A DNA stretch of 64,000 bases, from contig CAMDGV010000002.1 of assembly GCA_945898055.1 (NCBI GenBank), forward strand, positions 41,666-105,665, in the 5' to 3' direction. Shown piece after piece: positions 19,283 to 31,536 of the stretch. A program made the translations under genes and the position numbers. This DNA comes from Akkermansia muciniphila. Its GTDB lineage: Bacteria; Verrucomicrobiota; Verrucomicrobiia; Limisphaerales; UBA9464. How positions within the stretch are numbered: the stretch's first letter is position 1; every line of letters starts with the position of its first letter. The notes under the pieces were generated by a model that searched no databases, was not told the origin of the DNA, and saw nothing but the letters and a program-made list of their open reading frames with translations.

Positions 19283-20866
19283 CTACGCGCTGGCAAGCCC
19301 GCTCTCAGAGGGAACAAAGAGGCCGAGGCCAAAGTGGGCACCGTAGCCTAGTGCGAATGGACCTGGGCGTTGATCAGGAAAGGTGATGGTGAACACTGCC
19401 CCGCTGTCGCGGCCGCGGCATCCTGCTCCGTTTTTGCGTCCGGTTTGAAATTGCAATGAGCGCAGGCTGCGTTCACCGAATTGATACGGGCGCTCCCTCT
19501 CGTGGATCTGCTGGATTTTGGCATCCGCACCGTGCCCATGCAGGGCGAGCAGTCGCAGCAGGTCGTGAGCGGCGGAGCCATTTTGCCAGCCATTATCCGC
19601 GTCTATTTTCGGCCTGCCATCGCGGAATGTTTTGGCGTATCGGGTGGACACGAAGGGCGTGGCGGAGCGCCAGATCTTCGCCGGGCGGACAAGCGCGCAG
19701 TCCGCGAAATCACCGAGCTGGCCGATGCCTTGGAGGACGAGGCGAATATCATGTCCGCCGTGGCCCCAGACTTTGTTGAGTCGGCGCAGCGCGAGGCAGG
19801 CTTCTTCATCGAAGCCCATCTCGGCCCAGATGGTGATGTGAGTGACTGAGTCGCGCGGCCCATTTGCTTCGCAGAAAATGTGTGCGTGCTGATGCTGGGC
19901 AGCGAGCGGTTTGCCATTCGCATCGAGGCCAGTGAAAACGGATGCGCGGCCCTTGCCTTGGTCAGACCATTTGCAGAGTGCATCATGCACGCGGTCGCCG
20001 ATGGAAATCGCCTGCGTGATGCTCGGCGCGACGGTGCTGGTGATGGCGTAGCGGGCTACGGTGAGCAGCGGGCCTGTGCGTGCAGGACGCGGGCGGGGCG
20101 CGGGAGCGAAGGCATTTTCCGGGCGGGTGTAGTTCACGAAGGCCGCGCCGGGCGGGAGATTCCAGCCCGCAGCTTGCAGGTCGCCCGTATCGGCGTGGAG
20201 TGCGGCGAAGAGGTCGTCCGGCAGCTTGGGCAACTTCCTCCTTCGCTCGGCGGGTGTGAGTTTTGGGTCGAGGGCGGCTTCCGCCTTCGCCATGAAGTCA
20301 TCGCGCCATTCGTCGTAGGCAGTCGGGAGCATCGGAGCCAGCAGGCTGACAAGTTCAGTTTTTTGCGGAAGTGATGTGCCTTCCGCGAGAGGCGTGGCAT
20401 TAGCCTCAATGGTTGTGATGCCATCGAGCACACGCGCTTCCACGAGGCTTTCCGCTCTCCCGAAGTAGCCGATGCGATTAGCGAGAATGCGCAGGGCGTC
20501 GAGTTCCGCTGGCGTCAACGCAACGTCCCACGCGACCAGAATCGATCCGTTTTCCGGGAGTTGGATGAAGGTATCGAATACCTTGGTGGTCTTCTCATTT
20601 TTCCCTTCGTTAAACGGCAGGTAGTGCCGCGTGTGGCTGGTGCTAGCGCGGGGCAGGCGGAAGCTCGGCGGCTGACTGAGCGCGTTCACCAGAGAGCGCA
20701 CAGTTTCTTCCGGGATTTCGCGTGCTTTCAGATACCACGTCGCGATGAGTGCGCGGACGATGCGCCACGGTGCAGGCGGCCATTCGACAGCTCCTTCATT
20801 GACGTGACGCCCCCACGGTGTCGCGTGGTACCGGCCAGCCGGGAAGCTGAGTTCGAGGACGGTCAT
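19283..20866 (-). CDS. csb2: Type I-G (I-U) Csb2, a Cas5-Cas6 fusion-type protein
   Basis: The track ORF is 19283-21079. The conserved N-terminus MTVLELSFPAGRYHATPWGRHVNEGAVEWPPAPWRIVRAL begins at the ATG at 20866, 5 nt after the csb1 stop. This matches the Csb2 pattern (..grY.At.......EWPP.P.Rl..AL). Confidence 0.85.
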   Translation of the reverse strand: MTVLELSFPAGRYHATPWGRHVNEGAVEWPPAPWRIVRALIATWYLKAREIPEETVRSLVNALSQPPSFRLPRASTSHTRHYLPFNEGKNEKTTKVFDTFIQLPENGSILVAWDVALTPAELDALRILANRIGYFGRAESLVEARVLDGITTIEANATPLAEGTSLPQKTELVSLLAPMLPTAYDEWRDDFMAKAEAALDPKLTPAERRRKLPKLPDDLFAALHADTGDLQAAGWNLPPGAAFVNYTRPENAFAPAPRPRPARTGPLLTVARYAITSTVAPSITQAISIGDRVHDALCKWSDQGKGRASVFTGLDANGKPLAAQHQHAHIFCEANGPRDSVTHITIWAEMGFDEEACLALRRLNKVWGHGGHDIRLVLQGIGQLGDFADCALVRPAKIWRSATPFVSTRYAKTFRDGRPKIDADNGWQNGSAAHDLLRLLALHGHGADAKIQQIHERERPYQFGERSLRSLQFQTGRKNGAGCRGRDSGAVFTITFPDQRPGPFALGYGAHFGLGLFVPSESGLASA

Positions 20867-20871
20867 AGAGG

Positions 20872-24350
<3,479 letters not shown>

Positions 24351-24359
24351 GGCAGAATG

Positions 24360-26867
24360 TCAGTTGGTGGTGGCTGCATTTACGGCGGACGCGCGGGCGT
24401 CGGCGGCACGCAGGATTGTTTCGAGATAAGAGAGGCGGAATGGGCCAAGGCGGTCGCGGAGGGCAACGGCGCGGGCAAGCCAAGAAGGGCCGTGCTCACC
24501 CGCGCCCATTTTCATAAAGCTGAGGTCGAGTGTGACAGCGGGTGTAGTAATGTCGCCGATAGCGACGGCTGGGAGTGTGTCGCCGTGCCAGATGCCGCGA
24601 GCGAAGAGTCGCTCCTCGCCGCCTGGCACCGGTTCGTTTGGCAGCGAGCGAATGGAGAGACGGACTTTCCCGTGGTGTGCCGCAATGAGATAAGCAACGA
24701 GGTCACGCTCGGGAGCATCGGGCGGCCCGGCAAGCAACCAGGCCAGAGCGGAAGCGAGTTCGTGGCGGAAGCCGGGGCGTTTGCATTTGCCGTTTTTGTT
24801 TTTCGATTTTGCCCAAAGATTGCCTTCACGGGGCGGCGCCTCGCCGTCGCAAAGCATTCTCTGAAACTCGCCGTGCGCCTTTCCGACATCGTGCCACAGC
24901 GCGGCGATGCGGAGTGTCGCGGTGTCTGCCGCTGAAAGCAGGATGAAGGCGGAAATGGAGTCGGTTTCCTCGATGACCTTTCCTGTGTGCTCGGCGAGCG
25001 ACTGCCAATCTCTCGTGAAACTGCTCCCGTTTCCATCATGAGAATCGGCACTCTCGTCCGGCGGACGGTGAATGGTGAGCGATTGAGGTTTCGGCTCACC
25101 GGTCCAGCCGAGGCTGTCCTCGTAGCCACCGCAGTCCGCAGCGACGAGATAGACAGCGCCGGGACGAGCCCTCTCTGCCTTCTTCCATTCTTTTTCGAGT
25201 GGGTTCCACTGCCATGCACGGGGCTTCTTTTTCGGATCGAGGAACTTCGCTGCATCGCCGATGGAAACGCGGCAGAGTTCTCCCCGCATGGGCTGCGGTT
25301 CGCTCGTTCTAGGAGATTCGTTCTCCGCGATGTCGCGCCAGAAGAACTGCACATCGTTGTCGTCGCTGTCGCGGATGTAGCGGGAGATGTCGAGATCCTG
25401 CCCGCAGATGTCCGGCGTCGTATCGAACAAATCCACGAGGTCGCGGCGGCGGATGACGGGACGGACAACGGGGATTTCCTGGACGATGATTTCGCGCAAA
25501 GTGCGCGGGCAGGCATCAGTGAGCTTCTGAAGTTCCTCGCTGGCTTTGGTAAGTTCGTCCTTTGTGTAAGGCAGGAGCAGTTCGCCTTTCGCGTCTGGCT
25601 CAATGTTCACCCAGAGAATTTCCGCGTCTGAAAACTCCGCGCGGCGGTTGCAGCGGCCCATGCGCTGCACGAGCGAAGACCACGGCGCGAGTTCGGTGAT
25701 GAGCAGCCGCGCCGAGACATCCACGCCAGCCTCGACGGCCTGAGTGGCGATGACGATGCGGTCGCCGGTTCCGAAAAGAAGCGCCTCGTGCTTCGCTCGG
25801 TCTTTCTGGCGGAAGCGCGAGTGGATCAGGGCGACGCGCTCCGGGGCGCAGAGTGGCGGCAGTGTTTGCTTGCCTTTCTTTTCTCCCGTTGTGAGTGCTT
25901 CAAAAATCGCCCTCGCCCGCGACACGCGGTTCACGATGACAAGCGTGAGCGTGCCGGATGAATGCGGATTTTCGAGAAGCGCGAGGTGGCGTTTGGCGAC
26001 AAGCTCCGCGAGTTGCTTCGCGTAGTCGTCTTTCGTTGTGGTGCTGAGCACGAGCGGTGCCGGTGCGTCTTTGAGCGGTGCTGGCGACAGCCTCTTTTTC
26101 GCGGTGATTAGTTCATGCGGCCTGCCGCTGGATTCCTCGGCGGGATTGAGTTTGAGGGGGAGCCAGCCGCCATCCGGAACCGGATGATCCACGGTGGCGA
26201 ACCGCTTCTGCTCCAGCGTGGCGCTCATCCACCAAGTCGGGCAGATCCCGTGCGTTCGCCATTCCTCGCGAGCACGGAAGCCGTCGAGCTGTGCGCTTGT
26301 CTCCACGCCCACGCCCATCAACTGCGTCTCATCCATCACCCAAAGCGCGTCATTATTCAGCAAGCCGAAGTGCATCGGCCAGCGGTAGCGGCTCATGCCG
26401 TAGCCGCGATTGAGGGCGCGGGAGAGGAGCATGTCCTGCGTACCGATGAGGATGGCTTCGCGCTCAGGGTGGAGATCCCATTCGCCCGCGTCTTCGCCGC
26501 CCATGAGGATGTGAAGGCCGACTTTTCCGTCATGCGACTCCTTCTCGTCCCAAAGTAGGCCGTGGGCTTTGAGCCATTTCTCCACTTCATCGCGCGTCTG
26601 CTCTACGAGCGTCCGCATCGGCAGGCAGTAGACGAGACGGCGAGGCCAGGCAGGGTCTTTAAGGACGACGCGATTCCACATCCACGCGAGGACGACGGCT
26701 GCGGTCTTGCCGAGGCCGGTGGGGATGTTGATCAATCGCGAGTGGCATGCCGCGCCGGTATTCGGTAGATCAGTCTCACCAAGCGCGAGGCGGCATTGAT
26801 AGTCGTATGGCGAGTGGCTTCCGCCGGTAGCTGTTTTGAAAAACGCTGTGTAATTGGTGGCGCTCAT
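24360..26867 (-). CDS. cas3: Type I-G Cas3 helicase-nuclease with a C-terminal HD domain
   Basis: 835 aa. Helicase motif I PTGLGKT, motif II VMDETQL and SAT. The C-terminal HD domain reads LWHDVGKAHGEFQ ... FRHELASA ... AAHHGK. A C-terminal HD is the known I-U/I-G arrangement. Confidence 0.9.
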   Translation of the reverse strand: MSATNYTAFFKTATGGSHSPYDYQCRLALGETDLPNTGAACHSRLINIPTGLGKTAAVVLAWMWNRVVLKDPAWPRRLVYCLPMRTLVEQTRDEVEKWLKAHGLLWDEKESHDGKVGLHILMGGEDAGEWDLHPEREAILIGTQDMLLSRALNRGYGMSRYRWPMHFGLLNNDALWVMDETQLMGVGVETSAQLDGFRAREEWRTHGICPTWWMSATLEQKRFATVDHPVPDGGWLPLKLNPAEESSGRPHELITAKKRLSPAPLKDAPAPLVLSTTTKDDYAKQLAELVAKRHLALLENPHSSGTLTLVIVNRVSRARAIFEALTTGEKKGKQTLPPLCAPERVALIHSRFRQKDRAKHEALLFGTGDRIVIATQAVEAGVDVSARLLITELAPWSSLVQRMGRCNRRAEFSDAEILWVNIEPDAKGELLLPYTKDELTKASEELQKLTDACPRTLREIIVQEIPVVRPVIRRRDLVDLFDTTPDICGQDLDISRYIRDSDDNDVQFFWRDIAENESPRTSEPQPMRGELCRVSIGDAAKFLDPKKKPRAWQWNPLEKEWKKAERARPGAVYLVAADCGGYEDSLGWTGEPKPQSLTIHRPPDESADSHDGNGSSFTRDWQSLAEHTGKVIEETDSISAFILLSAADTATLRIAALWHDVGKAHGEFQRMLCDGEAPPREGNLWAKSKNKNGKCKRPGFRHELASALAWLLAGPPDAPERDLVAYLIAAHHGKVRLSIRSLPNEPVPGGEERLFARGIWHGDTLPAVAIGDITTPAVTLDLSFMKMGAGEHGPSWLARAVALRDRLGPFRLSYLETILRAADARASAVNAATTN

Positions 26868-26891
26868 AGTTTCGGGGAGTCGAAGAATTGC

Positions 26892-27437
26892 TCAGGCTTC
26901 CGGCGTTTCGGCGTGAGCGAGGCGGTCGCGCCAGATGTCCACGAGCGGTTGGAGGTCGCGACGGTCGGCAGCTTCCAGCGCGGTGAAGTATTCGGCGCGA
27001 CCGGATTCGGTTTGCGGGGCGAGTTCCACGCGGGGCAGATCGAGGGCGTAATTGCGCATGAGCACGGGGACTTGGAACTGCTGCGGAGAATCCAACCGTC
27101 CCACCGTCACGACGATGTCGCGCCCGCGGCCCGCCCATTCCGGCACGAGTTCGCCCGCGATTCGGCGGTGCAAGTCGAGCGACAGATGTTCGTCGAGCGG
27201 CGCGGCGGCAAAGGTCTCCTGCCCGGAGAGGGCGAGTTCGACGAGGGCGACCCGCTCGGTCAGCAGTGAGGCTAGTTCTGCGTAGCGGGTGGCGTTGCTT
27301 GGGCGAGTATCTCGCGAACCTTCTCCACCGGCACCGGTTCCCTCTCGAAGGCCATGCTCTGGGCCACATCGAGCGGGAGCGCCTGCCAGCGCTGGAGGTT
27401 GTCCTGCCAAGTGATGGTTGGGAGTGCCGTCGGACAT
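26892..27437 (-). pseudogene. Fic/DOC-like (mobile-mystery-protein-B-like) gene remnant, frameshifted and lacking the catalytic motif
   Basis: The C-terminal part reads LSLDLHRRIAGELVPEWAGRGRDIVV...GRAEYFTALEAADRRDLQPLVDIW. It resembles Fic flanks (LH..lf..v..WAG.yR ... Y..AL.aAd.gd..PL..f), but no HPFx(D/E)GNGR motif exists in any frame. After MSDGTP the annotated frame is low-complexity. The +1 frame gives the protein-like TITWQDNLQRWQALPLDVAQSMAFEREPVPVEKVREILAQ, which implies two frameshifts. Confidence 0.35.
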
Positions 27438-27775
27438 GGCTATTTTGCGAGTGGCGAGGTACGAGCGGCGGAGGTTTTGGAGGTGGGCGAGGCGGAATCG
27501 GCCGAGGAGGCCAATGGGAAACCACGAAGAGCCAAAAGATTCCTCAAAAATCATACCGAGAATGATGCCCTTTCTTAATCGTAATTCAGCCTTAATAATT
27601 TCTCCGATAAGGTAAATCATTAATTTTACCGCACTGAGTCCGCAAGAACCGCTAGACGCGGACCCTCCGGTGCCGAAAATGGGGAAGTCGGAGAATGCAT
27701 TCATTTGCGCGAGACTGGCGGAGGGGGACGGACAATGGCGGTCCTACCCACCCGATGGGTAAAAAAATACTGCGC

Positions 27776-28275
27776 TTACCCAGCCGCCAGAATGGCCTCC
27801 GCAGAGCGCCGAATCCTCCGCTTGAGTTCCGCGGGCTCCAGCACCCGCGGGTGAGCGCCCAGCTCAATATTCAGCGTTCAATTTCCTCCAGCCTGCCGAG
27901 TTCGAGCCGCAGCTCAATCGTCCCGCCAGGGAGTTGCTTGATTTTCTGCGAGGGATGCCGGTTCCGTTCGCCGACCAAGCGCGCGGCGAAATCATCGAAT
28001 GCAATCCAGACCTTGAAACGACCATTCGTGGAGAACACGCCGAGGCTCTCGCTCAGATGCTTGGTGATGGAGAAATCCGGCGGCCTGCGAAACCGCATCC
28101 GCGAGAGCTCAAAGGTGTGCAGTTGCGAACGGACGAGGTAGTGGGCAAAAAGAGACCACTGCTGGCCGATGCACGCGAGATAGTAGGGCTGCACACGCCT
28201 GGCCTCGTAACCCGAACTGCCCAATTATCGATATTCGAAGGCGAGTTTTTCCCCCGTCAAAAAGCAATTTCCTAT
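27776..28275 (-). pseudogene. WYL-domain transcriptional regulator pseudogene (WYL plus C-terminal extension domain)
   Basis: The read-through translation is ...GEKLAFEYR*LGSSGYEARRVQPYYLACIGQQWSLFAHYLVRSQLHTFELSRMRFRRPPDFS...FKVWIAFDDFAARLVGERNRHPSQKIKQLPGGTIELRLELGRLEEIER*ILSW/(frameshift)/GAHPRVLEPAELKRRIRRSAEAILAAG*. It carries a TAA at 28225-28227, a TGA at 27871-27873 where W is expected, and one frameshift near 27860. No convincing HTH was found upstream. Confidence 0.7.
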
Positions 28276-28663
28276 CAGTTTCGTTTCAAGACACGCTAAG
28301 ACTTTTCGCGATGGGCGACCCAAGATAAGTTCCAATGGTTGGCAGCAAGGGTCTAGCCCGGAAGACCTACTCCGTTTGCTGGCCCTCAACCTAAAGTGGC
28401 AGGGAGCGAGGATTCGCCGGCAAATTCCGGAACGGGACCTTCCATTCCAGTTCGGCAACCGCACTGCGATCTCTACAGTTTCAGAGCATTCGTCACAAAG
28501 GAATGGGGAGTCGTGGACACGATAGAGGTGCTTCATTTGTCATCGAGTTTCCCGAACCCGTGAACGGGCCTACTGCTGTAGGATATGCAGCTCTTTTTGG
28601 CCTCGATCTATTCGTCCCTGTTTTGAATCTATCCTCCGCAACCAACATCGGGGAAACCCTAGA

Positions 28664-31000
28664 TTGATTGTTTTATCGGCTGTTTGGGTGTATCTCGAGA
28701 ACGTGCCCACAAAATTCAAGAAACGCCCTCGTGAAAACGACGGCGGACTCGGCCCTCTCTTTGACAGGTTGGGGACAAATGAATCCCAAACAGAAAAAAT
28801 TCTCACCGAACGGGATTTATCACTGGCCGCTAGCCCAAAACCGGCGCCAACCACGACTCCTCCACCGCTATCGATTGACCCCACTCCAAAGCCAGTCGAC
28901 TCAAGATTCGTGACTCTGCCCAGTCATCTAGGTCTGCCGAATTCCAATAATATTCAATCGTCAACCAACGATGTCAGGGGTGAAAACTGCCAACCAATTA
29001 ATACTGCTGGTCAAGGTAAACCCATCTTCGAACGGGCCGTTGAAACCCTAAGGAACGAGGGAGTGGGCCGCCCTAAACCAGATACCACCGCCGTCCCAAC
29101 GGGAGACTCTCGATTACCGGCGCGGATGCTCAACGAGTTTGTCTATTGTCCTCGCCTTTTTTACTACGAACACGTCGAGGGGATCTTCGTTGAAAGCGTG
29201 GACACAATTCGAGGCTCTGCAATACACAAGAGGGTTGATTCCGGTTCAGGGGCCCTTCCGGCGCCAGCAACTCTCAGTCAGTCAGCGACTGAAACAAATG
29301 GGGGGCCCAACAATGCGGAGGCAGGAGAGGCCTCAACCATTCATTCGAGAAGTGTTACTCTAGGCTCAGAACGTCTCGGAGTAATCGCAAAACTTGACTT
29401 GGTCGAAATCGACGGATTCAAGGAAGACCGAGGAGCTAGCACCCAGGAAATAGCCCGAGCAGTCGTCCCGGTTGATTACAAACTAGGACGACCACGAGAA
29501 GGAGCGGAGGCCAACGAACTCTGGCCAACCGACCAAATGCAACTTGGGGTGCAGATTCTGGTGCTCCGCGAAAATGGTTATACGTGCTCTGAGGGCGTAA
29601 TCTATTATCGAGAAACGCGGCAGCGAGTTCGCTTTGTTTTGGACCAGGAACGGGAGGCATGGGTCCTCGCTCAGATCGAGGCAGCGCGCGCCACCCTGCG
29701 CGGCCCGATCCCTCCGCCATTGGTGGCCTCTCCCAAGTGTCGTCGATGCTCGCTTGCACCTGTCTGTCTGCCGGACGAAACACGCTTGCTCGGCCGTCAA
29801 CCAACCACCATCAATCGCCAAGAAACGCTGCGGGCGCCAGTTCCAGCAGTAAATAGTCCCGGGGAGGCGCTGGACCCTCAGGATGAGGAGAATGAGCAGG
29901 CTACATCGGCAAAGGCGGAGCCGCCTCGTCGATTGATGGCAGCAAGGGACGATAAGCGGGCGTTGTACCTCAATACACCAGGACTTCGGGTGGGGCGCAA
30001 AGACGAAACCATAACCGTCAAAGACGGAGACCAACCAGTAGAAGAAGTCCGCCTGATGGACGTTTCGCATGTAGCCCTGTTCGGTAATATTCAGATCAGC
30101 ACCCAAGCTGTCCAAGCGCTCTGCGATGCCGAGATTCCAGTCACCTACTTCTCCGGAGGTGGGTGGTTCTATGGCATTACCCAAGGCCACGGATTGAAAA
30201 ACGTGTTCCTGCGAATCGAGCAGTTTCGACTCGCCGGCAACAAAGAAATGTGTCTGGGCCTGGCTCGCGCCTTCGTCCATGGAAAGATCCGGAACCACCG
30301 CACGTTACTTATGCGCAACCACGCAGAAGCCCCGACAACCGCTCTCGCCCGACTCAAGTCTGCAGCCACAAATGCATTGAAGGCCGCTAGCCTCGAGGAA
30401 TTACTTGGTGTTGAAGGGGCCGCCGCCGCCGCCTACTTCGAGCAATTTCAAGGGATGCTCCGTCCAGCCGACCCACACGATGATGACATTCCGGGGGCGG
30501 AGGAGATTGGCCCACGGCCAAAACCCCTTTCGTTTGAATTTCATGCTCGGCACCGTCGCCCACCCACTGACCCGGTTAATGCACTCCTTTCCCTAGCCTA
30601 TTCCGTTTTATCCAAAGATTGCACGATCGCCGCTGCCGCCGTCGGATTCGACCCCTATGTTGGATTCTACCACCAACCTCGGTTCGGTCGCCCGGCCTTG
30701 GCCCTCGACCTTATGGAAGAATTTCGCCCACTGATCGCTGAGAGCGTCGTTTTAACTGTAATCAATAACCGGATGGTGACACCGGACAGCTTTGTCTCAG
30801 CAGGTCAGGCCGTAAACCTCACCCCAGCAGGCCGCAAGAAATTTTTCCTCGCCTACGAACAACGTATGAGCAGCCTGCTCACCCACCCATTATTTGATTA
30901 CAAGGTTAGCTACCGTCGCGCTCTGGAACTACAAGCACGCATCTTGGCCAAAGCGTTGACCGGCGAGATCCCTGAGTACATTCCCCTTCTGACCCGCTAA
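28664..31000 (+). CDS. cas4/cas1: Cas4-Cas1 fusion (Cas4g/Cas1g), the type I-G adaptation protein
   Basis: The Cas4 RecB-like part has MLNEFVYCPRLFYYEH, DYKLGRP and CRRCSLAPVCLPDE (the four-cysteine set). The Cas1 part runs ALYLNTPGLRVGRKDETITV... to ...ALELQARILAKAL. Conserved domains begin near 29110, and an alternative ATG lies at 29126. The first ~150 aa are Pro-rich and unrecognisable. Confidence 0.88.
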   Translation: MIVLSAVWVYLENVPTKFKKRPRENDGGLGPLFDRLGTNESQTEKILTERDLSLAASPKPAPTTTPPPLSIDPTPKPVDSRFVTLPSHLGLPNSNNIQSSTNDVRGENCQPINTAGQGKPIFERAVETLRNEGVGRPKPDTTAVPTGDSRLPARMLNEFVYCPRLFYYEHVEGIFVESVDTIRGSAIHKRVDSGSGALPAPATLSQSATETNGGPNNAEAGEASTIHSRSVTLGSERLGVIAKLDLVEIDGFKEDRGASTQEIARAVVPVDYKLGRPREGAEANELWPTDQMQLGVQILVLRENGYTCSEGVIYYRETRQRVRFVLDQEREAWVLAQIEAARATLRGPIPPPLVASPKCRRCSLAPVCLPDETRLLGRQPTTINRQETLRAPVPAVNSPGEALDPQDEENEQATSAKAEPPRRLMAARDDKRALYLNTPGLRVGRKDETITVKDGDQPVEEVRLMDVSHVALFGNIQISTQAVQALCDAEIPVTYFSGGGWFYGITQGHGLKNVFLRIEQFRLAGNKEMCLGLARAFVHGKIRNHRTLLMRNHAEAPTTALARLKSAATNALKAASLEELLGVEGAAAAAYFEQFQGMLRPADPHDDDIPGAEEIGPRPKPLSFEFHARHRRPPTDPVNALLSLAYSVLSKDCTIAAAAVGFDPYVGFYHQPRFGRPALALDLMEEFRPLIAESVVLTVINNRMVTPDSFVSAGQAVNLTPAGRKKFFLAYEQRMSSLLTHPLFDYKVSYRRALELQARILAKALTGEIPEYIPLLTR

Positions 31001-31013
31001 ATGATGGACCATC

Positions 31014-31304
31014 ATGAGGACCACCTACCTAGTCTGTTACGATATAGCTGACCCTAAACGCCTCCGCCGAGTCTTCAGGACGTGCAAGAATTTCGGAGAC
31101 CACCTCCAATTCTCTATATTCGAGTGCGACCTTAATCCGTCTGAAAAAGCCCAACTTGAAACGTCGTTGCGCGAGACTATCAACGGCTCTGAAGACCAAA
31201 TCATTTTCGTCACTCTGGGCCCCACTGAGGGAAGAGGGTCTCGGGTCATCTCCTCGATCGGGATGCCTTATGTCACCATGAATGCCCCGTGTTTTGTATT
31301 CTAA
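31014..31304 (+). CDS. cas2: CRISPR-associated endoribonuclease Cas2
   Basis: 96 aa, MRTTYLVCYDIADPKRLRRVFRTCKNFGDHLQFSIFECDL... This is the typical Cas2 ferredoxin-fold N-terminus. It lies 13 nt after cas4/cas1. Confidence 0.9.
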   Translation: MRTTYLVCYDIADPKRLRRVFRTCKNFGDHLQFSIFECDLNPSEKAQLETSLRETINGSEDQIIFVTLGPTEGRGSRVISSIGMPYVTMNAPCFVF

Positions 31305-31536
31305 TGCGACTTGCCAGATAGACCCAATCGGTAGTATTTCCACCGAGGCTCTTTGAAATCTGAATCACGCGAGCGCCTAGGTGATCGATAATCCTCGGGA
31401 GGCGCTCGCATGCCGTAAATCATTGTCGAAATACGAACTTTTTTGTTTCGATTAGCCCATTGGTAGTTCCCTAAAACAGAACCGCTCGCATAATCGATGA
31501 AATCTCTCCGCTTTAGTGGCCTCTAAAGTAGGTGCT
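31305..31536 (+). promoter_or_regulatory. Putative CRISPR leader between cas2 and the first repeat
   Basis: 232-bp non-coding spacer directly upstream of repeat 1. It is AT-enriched near the array (ACGAACTTTTTTGTTTCGATTAG...). It contains a perfect 10-bp inverted repeat GCGAGCGCCT (31369-31378) / AGGCGCTCGC (31400-31409). The repeat orientation (3' end GTTGAAGY) supports plus-strand transcription. Confidence 0.6.

Noticed and set aside
27438-27704. N-terminal 89 aa of the 270-aa track ORF (MNAFSDFPIFGTGG...), possibly an antitoxin-like or 'mystery protein A'-like partner of the Fic remnant
   Set aside because: I recognised no HTH or other motif in any frame. The segment includes an AT-rich, promoter-like stretch (27541-27650). 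It is more likely non-coding DNA fused in frame by chance.
28225-28536. 103-aa minus-strand ORF (MKHLYRVHDSPFLCDECSE...) as an independent Cys-containing small protein or as the HTH of the WYL regulator
   Set aside because: Its 3' end reads straight into the WYL domain across a TAA, so it is part of the decayed gene. I could not recognise an HTH in any frame of 28300-28540, so I make no separate call.
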